33,633 bases of DNA, taken from an uncultured bacterium (GTDB taxonomy: Bacteria; JADJOY01). The notes below the pieces were generated by a model that had not been told where the DNA came from, searched no databases, and saw only the letters and a program-made list of their open reading frames with translations. The DNA is taken from the NCBI GenBank assembly GCA_964392195.1, contig CAYMQR010000003.1:1-33633 (forward strand), in the 5' to 3' direction. Position 1 is the stretch's first letter. Every line of letters starts with the position of its first letter. Shown here in pieces: positions 24,298-31,673 of this stretch. Both the position numbers and the translations under genes were made by a program.

Positions 24298-25733
24298 TGC
24301 CGGCGGTCGTCGAGTCGGGATGGATCCCGCCCGCGCTCGGCGAGGCGACCGACGCGACCGAACAGGTCCGGTGGCGCACCCCCGCTGGCGAGGACGCCGA
24401 GGTACGGCGGCCCGCGCTGTCGCCGGCCCGGCTCGCGTCCCTGGCGCGAGGGCTGCGGGAGGTGGGCCGGCGGTGCCTGGCCGCGCGGCCGATCGCGGGG
24501 ATCGTCGACAGCCTCGAGCGCGTCGCGCAGCTCTGGCTCGACCCGGCGACTCCCGAGCGTCGCCAGGCGATCGACCAGATCGCGTGGGCGAGCGGCTTCT
24601 CGAGGGAGATGGTGGCGCATGCGATCGACCTCGAGTTCGAGTCGAGCCGCGGTCCCCACCTCTGGCGCGCGCTGGAGGCCGAGCTGGGGGCTCCAGCGAG
24701 CCTCGACACGTTCGTCTTCGACGCACGGCTGGGCGGACACCTGCGCGCCTTCGGCCCCGAGCTGGTGGGCGGCATCGCGAGCGCCAACATCCCCGGCCTG
24801 CCCCACCTGATCGCGACGCGGGCGTTCCTCGTCAAGGCCCCGTGCCTGGTCCGTACCTCGCGCGACGAGCCGGTCTTCTTGCCGCTGTTCGCTCGCACAC
24901 TCGCTCGCGTGGACGAGGACCTCGCGGCTTGCCTCGCGGTCGTCGACTTCGATCCTCACGATGGCGCGCTCGACGCCGCATTCCTGGCGGGAATCGATCA
25001 CCTCGTCGCGTTCGGCGGCGTCGACGCGCTCGCGTCGCTGCGCGCGCGCCTGCCTCCGCGCGTCACCGCCACCTGGCACGGGCATCGCCTCGGGTTCGGC
25101 GTCGTGGCGCGCGAGGCCCTCGCAGCCGATCTGACCGACCTCGCGGACCGCATCGCCTACGACTTCTCGCTCTACGACCGCGAGGCCTGCCTCAGCCCGC
25201 AGGCGCTCTTCGTCGAGGAGGGAGGCGAGCGCTCACCGCGGGAGCTCGCACGCGCGATCGCCTCCGCCATGGAGCGCTGGCTCGAGCGGTTGCCGGCGTG
25301 CCGGTTTCCGCTCGCCGAGCGAGGCCGCTTCCGCACCGCGGTCGAGCTGGTCGGGCTGCGCTCGGCCGCCGGCGAGAACGTCGAGGTCGTGGCGGACGGA
25401 GCCGGCTACGCCGTGGTCCTCGAGCGGCCCGCGCCTCTCGACGCGGCGCCCCGCGGCCGGTTCGTACGTATCATGCCGGTCCCGGATGTCGCGCGGGTAC
25501 CGGGCCTCGTTGCATCGCTCGGCCCGTACCTGCAGGTGGCGTTCGTGGAGGGCGACGAGCACCGCTCCGAGCATCTTCGACACGCCCTCGCCCGGATGGG
25601 CGTCACGCGGATCACGCGCGCTGGACTGGCGGGCTTGCCGTCGATGATGTGGCGACACGACGGCGTCGCCTGCCTGGCAGCGCTCGTGCGCTGGGTCACC
25701 GACGAGCGGAGCGCGCCCCGGGATCGGCTATGA
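24294..25733 (+). CDS. LuxC-family acyl-CoA/acyl-protein reductase (aldehyde-forming)
   Basis: The start is GTG 24294 (GTGA overlap) or ATG 24297. The product is about 480 aa, and its layout is that of the LuxC/ALDH-like family. A candidate catalytic Cys lies in YDREACLSPQALFV. The gene is positioned immediately after the LuxE homologue. Confidence 0.7.
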   Translation: MMPAVVESGWIPPALGEATDATEQVRWRTPAGEDAEVRRPALSPARLASLARGLREVGRRCLAARPIAGIVDSLERVAQLWLDPATPERRQAIDQIAWASGFSREMVAHAIDLEFESSRGPHLWRALEAELGAPASLDTFVFDARLGGHLRAFGPELVGGIASANIPGLPHLIATRAFLVKAPCLVRTSRDEPVFLPLFARTLARVDEDLAACLAVVDFDPHDGALDAAFLAGIDHLVAFGGVDALASLRARLPPRVTATWHGHRLGFGVVAREALAADLTDLADRIAYDFSLYDREACLSPQALFVEEGGERSPRELARAIASAMERWLERLPACRFPLAERGRFRTAVELVGLRSAAGENVEVVADGAGYAVVLERPAPLDAAPRGRFVRIMPVPDVARVPGLVASLGPYLQVAFVEGDEHRSEHLRHALARMGVTRITRAGLAGLPSMMWRHDGVACLAALVRWVTDERSAPRDRL

Positions 25734-26960
25734 GCCGCCGGCGCGCCTCTCGCTCCAGTCCTCCACGCGTGGGCACTCGGGATCCGGTCGAAACGGATCG
25801 CCGGTGAGGTACCGAGAGACCGCCCTGCACCCGCCTCCGCAGATCGAGAGGTAGGTACAGCTCGCGCACGGCTCCCCGGCCGAGTCGCGATGGTTCCGGT
25901 AGCGAACCAGCGCGTCCGCGGAATCCCACTCCGCGGCCAACCCGCCGGGGAGGACGCGGCCATCCTCCAGGAAGCTGCAGGCGTGGGTGCGCCCGACCGC
26001 GTCGACCGAGGCCAGGTGATGCCCCGCTTCGCACCCGAGCATGCCGAGGAGCCGCATGCGGTCGAGGTCGGGTCCGTGGTGGCAGGCCATCGGTAGGAAC
26101 GAGCAGTCGATCCGGGGCCGAACCCGCGCATTGCGAGCGATGGCCAGGATCCGGGGATAGACCTCGCGGGCCTGCTCCCGCGTGAGGACGCGCTGCCGGT
26201 AGTCGGTCGCGCCCCGCCCGGTGGGCTTGAGACGCAGGAACTCGATCTCGCGGACTCCGAGGCGCCGCACGGCGCGCGCGAGCTCGTCCAGGCGGTCGAC
26301 GTTCTGGCGCGTCACCACGCAGTTCACCCCGGTCCGCACCCGCGCGCGCCTCAGCACCTCGAGAGCCCTGGCCGCGAGCTGCCACGAGCCCGGCGGCCGG
26401 CCCGCTGCGTCGTCCCACCCGGACAGGCCGTCGACGCTGACGTTGACCTGGCCGAAGACCCGCGAGCGCCGTGCCAGCTCGCTCGTCATGCCGAGGCCGC
26501 TGGTGGTGACGTTGGGCACGATCCCGAGGGTCCGTGCGTGCCTCGCGATCTCGAAGAGGTCGCTGCGTAGGTACGACTCGCCGCCGCCCATCGCGATGTG
26601 AAGCACCCCCGCGGCGGCGAGATCGTCGAGCATCGCGCATACGGCCGCGGTCGAGAGCTCGCCCGGCGAGGGCTCGGCCGCGTCCACGTAACAACCGCGG
26701 CACCCGATCGGACACGCGCGGGTCAGCGTGAGGTGCACCTCCGTCGGAGCCGAGAGCGTCTTTCGCGATGACGCCCAGCGCGGATGGTCGCGGAAGCCGA
26801 GGCGCCGCAGGAACGCGTGGTCGACGAACGCCAGAAGCGGCGGACGCTCGAGGGCCACGATGCCGCCGAACGACTCGAAGCGGATCCGCACGCCGAGCCC
26901 GCCGAGCACACGACGGAGCCACGACGAGGGCGCGGATCGCCACGCGGCACGGCCCGTCAC
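25728..26960 (-). CDS. Radical SAM enzyme with a C-terminal SPASM/twitch-type auxiliary cluster domain
   Basis: 410 aa. The radical SAM motif is CPIGCRGCY. GGGESYL is present. The Cys-rich C-terminus reads CSFL...CHHG...CEAG...CSF...CASCTYLSICGGGCRA. About 75 aa precede the core (IRFESFGGIVALERPPLLAFVDHAFLRRLG). The GTG start at 26960 is uncertain, with GTG 26891 as the alternative. Confidence 0.82.
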   Translation of the reverse strand: MTGRAAWRSAPSSWLRRVLGGLGVRIRFESFGGIVALERPPLLAFVDHAFLRRLGFRDHPRWASSRKTLSAPTEVHLTLTRACPIGCRGCYVDAAEPSPGELSTAAVCAMLDDLAAAGVLHIAMGGGESYLRSDLFEIARHARTLGIVPNVTTSGLGMTSELARRSRVFGQVNVSVDGLSGWDDAAGRPPGSWQLAARALEVLRRARVRTGVNCVVTRQNVDRLDELARAVRRLGVREIEFLRLKPTGRGATDYRQRVLTREQAREVYPRILAIARNARVRPRIDCSFLPMACHHGPDLDRMRLLGMLGCEAGHHLASVDAVGRTHACSFLEDGRVLPGGLAAEWDSADALVRYRNHRDSAGEPCASCTYLSICGGGCRAVSRYLTGDPFRPDPECPRVEDWSERRAGGS

Positions 26961-26994
26961 GGACGTCGAACCCGAGGTCGTGGTGCGCTCGACG

Positions 26995-27306
26995 TCAGCG
27001 TCGCGGCTGTCCGACGGGGTTCACGAACAGATCGACGGGCTGGAAGCGGTCGCGGTAGCGGCCGAGGTACTCACCGGTCTGGTCGGTGAAGTGCGTGACT
27101 CCCGCGGAGTCGACCCACACGTACACGGCGCTCTCCGTGTGTGCACCGGTGCCCGGTGAAAAATCCACGGCCGGCGCGCCGACGGTGTTGAGTCCAGACG
27201 CGCTCGGGCTCGGCGGGCTCCACGCGCGTGCGCCGCGTGGCGCCACGACCACGGCGCCGGCCACGAGAGCGGCGAGGCAGAGGTGGGATGACGAACGGTC
27301 GCGCAT
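26995..27306 (-). CDS. Small secreted DUF4124-like protein
   Basis: 103 aa. ATG 27306 has a strong GGGAGGAGGG RBS. A signal-peptide-like N-terminus (HLCLAALVAGAVVVAPRGARA) is followed by the VYVWVDSAGVTHFTDQ motif typical of DUF4124. Confidence 0.6.
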   Translation of the reverse strand: MRDRSSSHLCLAALVAGAVVVAPRGARAWSPPSPSASGLNTVGAPAVDFSPGTGAHTESAVYVWVDSAGVTHFTDQTGEYLGRYRDRFQPVDLFVNPVGQPRR

Positions 27307-27380
27307 CAGCGCCCTCCTCCCGGAAGGCGCCCGCAGGATAATCCGATCGCCGCGGCGAAGGCGACGGCCAGGCGCCGGGC

Positions 27381-27794
27381 TCAGCCCGGGTCGCTACCGT
27401 CGACGGCCCGGATCTGGACCGCCACGGCGCCCTGCCTTCCCTTCGCGCGGGCGCCCGCCGTTCGGCGACGACGCTGTCGCATGAGCTGCTCGTAGAGCGT
27501 CTGCCGCTCCTTGAGCTCGACCTCGAGATCCTTCCGCTCGCGCTTCGCTTGCTCGAGCCAGTCTAGGATGACCCCGCGCTCGACCTCGGTCGACACCGTC
27601 CGCAGCTCCTCGACGAGGAACTGGATCTGCCAGCTCTGCCTGCGGACCCGGGTCGGGATCTCGCCGAGCTCCTTGCGCAGCTCGGCAGGCGTGGGCTCGG
27701 AACGCGGCACCGGCGTTTCGCTCGCCGGACGGCGTCCTCCTCGCGCCTTGGCCGGAACACGAGGCGCTACGGCGTGTGAACGATTGCCAGGCAT
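27381..27794 (-). CDS. Hypothetical basic coiled-coil protein (about 137 aa)
   Basis: The ORF 27381..28286 was trimmed to ATG 27794, which has a GGAGGAG RBS. The charged heptad-like region reads QFLVEELRTVSTEVERGVILDWLEQAKRERKDLEVELKERQTLYEQLMRQ. I recognise no family. Confidence 0.45.
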   Translation of the reverse strand: MPGNRSHAVAPRVPAKARGGRRPASETPVPRSEPTPAELRKELGEIPTRVRRQSWQIQFLVEELRTVSTEVERGVILDWLEQAKRERKDLEVELKERQTLYEQLMRQRRRRTAGARAKGRQGAVAVQIRAVDGSDPG

Positions 27795-27899
27795 TGGCTC
27801 CTCCGCATGTTGCCCCCACCGACCGATGAAGCAACCGGAATGCCAGGGCCGGGCGATGCGGACGAGCGCGAAAACGGCAATGCTGTCGGGAACGGCCGC

Positions 27900-27929
27900 T
27901 CGCCGGTGCCGACCTCGCGGCACCGGCGA
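27900..27929 (-). terminator. Perfect GC hairpin downstream of the MCP gene
   Basis: TCGCCGGTGCCG (27900-27911) pairs with CGGCACCGGCGA (27918-27929): about 12 bp with a 6-nt loop, 74 nt after stop 28003. The nearest T-run (GCCGTTTTCG) is about 25 nt further on the minus strand. Confidence 0.45.
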
Positions 27930-28002
27930 CGGCGGAGTTGACACCGTGGAGCGGCGAACTGCACGCGGCCCGCGGCGCAGGCTCGCGAATCGTCGCCGAT
28001 CG

Positions 28003-30603
28003 TCAGGAAGGTTCTGCGCGCTCGCGAAGCACGGTGCCAACGTCCTCGACCAGTGATCGCGCCAGGTCCTGCGCGCGCAGCGACATCGAGGCCAGCTCGC
28101 GAAGATCGGCCTCCAGGGTCTGCACGCCCTGGCCGAGCTCGCGCGCGAGCGTGTCGAGCCGCTCGACCGCCTCACCCGGGCGGTGCATCGCCTGTAGCGA
28201 CTCGCGCGTCTGTGCGACCGTGGCGCGGACCCCCGACCCCAGATCGCTGGTGAGCTTGCGGAGGACGAGCTCCAGCGAGCCACCACCCTCGATCTGGGCC
28301 TCGAGCGTGGCGCGGGTCATGGTCATCTTGCGTCCGACGGCCACCACCTGCTCGACGAGCTGACGCGTCCGCGCGGCCTCCGCGCTCACCTGGCCCGCGG
28401 CTCCCTCGGCCCGGGCCGCCTCGCCCTGGAGCGCGGCGGCCGCCGTCGCGAGCGCCTCGACGGACGCACGCACGCCGCGCGCCCCGTTCGCCATCTGATC
28501 CAGCCGCGCCAGAACGGCCTCCACCGCCAGCACCGCTCCACGTACGTCGCGGCCCAGGCCCCCCGCGACCTGCACGGACTCGTGCACCCCGTCGGCCGCA
28601 CGCTGCGCCAGGTCCCGCATCTCGTCCGCGACGATCGTGAAGCCTCCGCCGGCCGGCGCCGCGCGCGCCGCGACGATCGCGGCGTTCACGGCGAGCAAGG
28701 CGCTGCGATCAGCGACCTCCTCCAGCACGCGGAAGCCTTGCGCGAGCATCGCCACGCCCTCTTCGATGCGGTGCACGGATTGCCCGACGTCGCCCACCGC
28801 GACCCGCACCCGGTCGTTGGTGTCCGCGCCGGTCGCGACGGCCGCCTCGATCGCGTGCGAGGAGGCACCGACGATGGCGCACGCGTCCACGACCGCGCGG
28901 CTCTGCTGCGCGAGCGCGCGACTCGCTTCCTCGGCGGCGGCTGCCGATCCCGACATCACCTCGCCGGTGACGCCTACGCCGTGGACGTCGTCGAGGAGAG
29001 GGCGGATCGCCGCCACCAGGCGGCCGACGCGCGCGGACGTGTCGGCCGATTCGTTGGCGAGTCGATCGCAGGCCTCGATCGCGCCGGCGATCGACTCGGT
29101 CGCCGCGACGGCCATCTGATCCTGTCGTCCGAGCTCACGCTCGAGCTGGCTCCAGATCTGCTCTGCGTTCGAGACCATACCGACGAGACGCTCCGCCGCC
29201 CGGCGCACCCGCGTGACGAGCTCGACCTCGAGCTCGACCGCCTCACGGGACTCGCGCCAGCGCTGCTCGACCTGCGCCGCCACCTCCTCGAGCTCGCCGC
29301 GCCGTCTCTCGCGGCGCAAGCGGGCTCGCCTCACGCGCGCCGCGAGCTCGACGACCTGCGCCTCGACCTCGACGATCTCGTCGTCGCCGAACCGCTCTGC
29401 ACGCCCGGCCGCCGGTGACGTCACCCCTGGCTCGAGCGCGTCGAGGTGCGCGCGAACTCCATCCAGCCCGGCGCGGACGTCGCTCGCCACCATCCACGCG
29501 AGCGCGAGCGCTCCACCGAGCGCGAGCATGACCAGCCAAGCGAGCCGAGGCTCGAACAGGACGCTCCACGCGCTCGCTCGGCGAACGGGCTCGGCGACGA
29601 CGAGCCAGGCATCGAGCAGCTCGACATGCGCCGCGCCGAGGTGCGCGCCCGGGAACCGGTCCAGGGGCTCCCCCTGCTCGAGCGCGAGTCCGACGCGCGC
29701 CGGGTCGAAGAACGAGGTCCTCCCGGCCAGGCGTTCGCCGCGATCGAGCAAGGCGACCTCTCGCCGGCTCGAGGCGGCGTCCAGTTCCGTGATGACGGCC
29801 TGGGCCGCCTCCCTCACGTCGCCGACGCGCGTTTGTCGAAGGCTGGACTCGAGCACCCGCAGCGCGAGTTGCGCGGTGTCCTCGAGACGCTCGCGTGCGG
29901 CCTGTGCGCTCGCCAGATCGCGGCGATGCGCCGTGGCGGCGGCAACCGTCACCACCAGTCCCACGAGCGGGAGGGCCACGCCGATCGCGAGCTTCAGCCG
30001 CAGAGAGAGCACCGCGCGCCCGGCCCGGACGCCCGCGCCACTACCGGTCTCGGGCACCGCGAGGAGAACCCAGAACCCAGGCAACTCCCGTCGGACGCGG
30101 TAATAGCGGAAGGGCGCGAGCATCGTCCCGACCACGACGCACACCGCGGCGAGCTCACTCGCCTGGGTTGCGGTCAGGTGAAGCAGCGGCGCCGAGAGCA
30201 CCGCGAGCGACAGCCCGCCGATCGCCCACGAGGCCAGCGAGGCCCCTGCCGACACCACCGGCAAGCCACGGAGGAGCTGCGCGCGAGTGGCGCGAGGGTC
30301 CTCACCCGTCGTGTTACTCGGGCTCGCGACGAGTCGCCGGAGTCGCCGCTCGTGGATGGTCGCCTGGACGAGCCCGCCGACGGCGAGCGCCGCCACCGCG
30401 AGCGCCACGAGCGTCCAGCCGTCGCGCGTCAGGAGCGAGCCGAGATTGGATCGACCGAGTGGCTCGCCAGCGGTCGTGAGTCGATCCCAAGGCAGGTCCG
30501 ACGCGGCGAGCAGTGACACCACGGCCAGCACCACCCCGAACGCACCTCCGCGCAACACGGCGCGCGCGAGCCGCCACCGGATCCGGGAGGTGACCGAGGT
30601 CAC
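28003..30603 (-). CDS. Methyl-accepting chemotaxis protein-like transducer with a polytopic N-terminal region
   Basis: 866 aa. The GTG start has a GAGG-type SD. The C-terminal MA signalling hairpin reads ALLAVNAAIVAARAAPAGGGFTIVADEMRDLAQRA. Several hydrophobic segments lie in the first 390 or so residues, followed by long coiled-coil stretches. Confidence 0.8.
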   Translation of the reverse strand: MTSVTSRIRWRLARAVLRGGAFGVVLAVVSLLAASDLPWDRLTTAGEPLGRSNLGSLLTRDGWTLVALAVAALAVGGLVQATIHERRLRRLVASPSNTTGEDPRATRAQLLRGLPVVSAGASLASWAIGGLSLAVLSAPLLHLTATQASELAAVCVVVGTMLAPFRYYRVRRELPGFWVLLAVPETGSGAGVRAGRAVLSLRLKLAIGVALPLVGLVVTVAAATAHRRDLASAQAARERLEDTAQLALRVLESSLRQTRVGDVREAAQAVITELDAASSRREVALLDRGERLAGRTSFFDPARVGLALEQGEPLDRFPGAHLGAAHVELLDAWLVVAEPVRRASAWSVLFEPRLAWLVMLALGGALALAWMVASDVRAGLDGVRAHLDALEPGVTSPAAGRAERFGDDEIVEVEAQVVELAARVRRARLRRERRRGELEEVAAQVEQRWRESREAVELEVELVTRVRRAAERLVGMVSNAEQIWSQLERELGRQDQMAVAATESIAGAIEACDRLANESADTSARVGRLVAAIRPLLDDVHGVGVTGEVMSGSAAAAEEASRALAQQSRAVVDACAIVGASSHAIEAAVATGADTNDRVRVAVGDVGQSVHRIEEGVAMLAQGFRVLEEVADRSALLAVNAAIVAARAAPAGGGFTIVADEMRDLAQRAADGVHESVQVAGGLGRDVRGAVLAVEAVLARLDQMANGARGVRASVEALATAAAALQGEAARAEGAAGQVSAEAARTRQLVEQVVAVGRKMTMTRATLEAQIEGGGSLELVLRKLTSDLGSGVRATVAQTRESLQAMHRPGEAVERLDTLARELGQGVQTLEADLRELASMSLRAQDLARSLVEDVGTVLRERAEPS

Positions 30604-30821
30604 CGCTCACCCTCGAGGCGCCGTCGGTCGGCGTCGCCAAGCGAAAGAGAACCGGATCTCGCCGCCGCCGATTGCACGGGGTGCACGCACCGATCGAGGT
30701 CGCGCAAGCTTGCGCTCACCAGCCTCTCGAGCGAGTGAGGGAGATACCGGACGACGATCGACCGAGGCTCTGGGCGCGGCCCACGAGGACCGTCGCCCTC
30801 ACCGGATCCGCCCCCGAAGGC

Positions 30822-31097
30822 TCAGGCGTTCAGGGCCTTGCGGAGCTTCTGGCTCGGTTTGAAGGTCAGCACGCGTCGAGCGCTGATCTCGATTTCCTTG
30901 CCGGTGATCGGATTGCGGCCCTTGCGGGCACGCTTCTGGCTGACCTGGAACTTGCCGAAACCGCTCAGCTTCACGTGATCGCCGTCGGCCAAGCGCTCCT
31001 TGAGCAAGTTGAGGATTTCCTCCAAGATCTCGGCGGACTCGACCTTCGAAAAACCGGTTCTCTCATGGATGAGGAGAACGAGATCGTCCTTGGTCAT
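30822..31097 (-). CDS. ihfA: Integration host factor alpha-like / HU-family DNA-binding protein
   Basis: The ORF 30822..31229 was trimmed to ATG 31097, which has a GGGAGGAAGG RBS. Of its 91 aa, VKLSGFGKFQV...GRNPITGKEIEISARRVLTFKPSQKLRKAL matches the IHF-alpha pattern (GRNPKTGE..., RRVVTFRPGQKLK). Confidence 0.85.
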   Translation of the reverse strand: MTKDDLVLLIHERTGFSKVESAEILEEILNLLKERLADGDHVKLSGFGKFQVSQKRARKGRNPITGKEIEISARRVLTFKPSQKLRKALNA

Positions 31098-31216
31098 CCT
31101 TCCTCCCACCGGCGCGCTCACCTTTGGCCGTGCGACGGATGCATCGTAGCCCAAACGGTTTCGCCTAAGCAACGGAAAACTTGAGAGAAAACGAAGCCCC
31201 GGAGAGGTGCCACCGC
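31098..31216. promoter_or_regulatory. Divergent intergenic region (ihfA-like on the minus strand, MaoC-like on the plus strand)
   Basis: This 119-nt gap between divergent starts is relatively less GC-rich (aaacggtttcgcctaagcaacggaaaacttgagagaaaacgaag). No explicit promoter boxes were assigned. Confidence 0.35.
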
Positions 31217-31666
31217 ATGGACCCGACATTCCGAGGGCGCCGCTCGGCGCCCGCCGTGCACGAGATCGAGAAGGGTGCGATCCGCCGCTTCGCTGCCGCC
31301 ATCGGCGATCCGAACCCTCTGTACCACGATGAGGATTTCGCCGTAGCTCGCGGTTTTCGTTCGCTGATCGCGCCGCCGACGTTCGCGTTCACGTTGCGGC
31401 CGGGCTCCGACGTGCGGGCGGAGCTCGAGTTCGATTGGCGCAACGTGCTGCACGGCGAGCAGCGGTTTCGCTACCGGCAGCCGATCACGGCCGGGAACCG
31501 GGTCCGCGTCCAGGCGGAGCTGGTCGATCTCTACGAGAAGCGCGGATCGAGTGGCTCGATGACCTTCGTCGTCGTCGACACGACCGGCCACCTGGACGGG
31601 GGCGCGCTGCTCTACGAGTCGCGCAGCGTCACCATCGTGCGGCGCCGGGAGCCGGGTGCGCGCTAG
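31217..31666 (+). CDS. MaoC-like / FAS1-like dehydratase N-terminal hotdog-fold protein
   Basis: The ORF 31181..31666 was trimmed to ATG 31217. The segments IRRFAAAIGDPNPLYHDEDFAVARGFRSLIAPPTF and NVLHGEQRFRYRQPI are typical of MaoC dehydratase N-terminal (HadA-like) domains. Confidence 0.7.
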   Translation: MDPTFRGRRSAPAVHEIEKGAIRRFAAAIGDPNPLYHDEDFAVARGFRSLIAPPTFAFTLRPGSDVRAELEFDWRNVLHGEQRFRYRQPITAGNRVRVQAELVDLYEKRGSSGSMTFVVVDTTGHLDGGALLYESRSVTIVRRREPGAR

Positions 31667-31673
31667 CGAGCCC

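Noticed and set aside
23146-25733. A bioluminescence (lux) operon
   Set aside because: Only LuxE- and LuxC-like genes are present. No luxA/luxB luciferase, luxD transferase or luxG is in the window.
24149-26943. Alternative-frame ORFs 24149..25807 (+, 552 aa), 24195..25085 (-), 23731..24726 (-) and 25696..26943 (-, 415 aa)
   Set aside because: They are extremely Arg/Pro/Gly/Ala-rich and overlap the LuxE-, LuxC- and SPASM-like frames, which have clear homology signatures. I regard them as frame shadows.
26995-27306. DUF4124 protein as the precursor substrate of the SPASM enzyme
   Set aside because: It has a normal signal peptide and a single Cys that lies inside that signal peptide. It has no repeat or Cys/Gly-rich core typical of SPASM substrates. 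I kept it only as a low-probability test in the SPASM finding.
30702-30715. Perfect 14-nt palindrome GCGCAAGCTTGCGC downstream of the ihfA-like gene, considered as a terminator
   Set aside because: As a hairpin it gives only about 5 bp with a 4-nt loop. It sits about 107 nt past the stop and has no U-tract. It is more likely a chance GC palindrome or a protein-binding site, and there is not enough evidence to call it either way.
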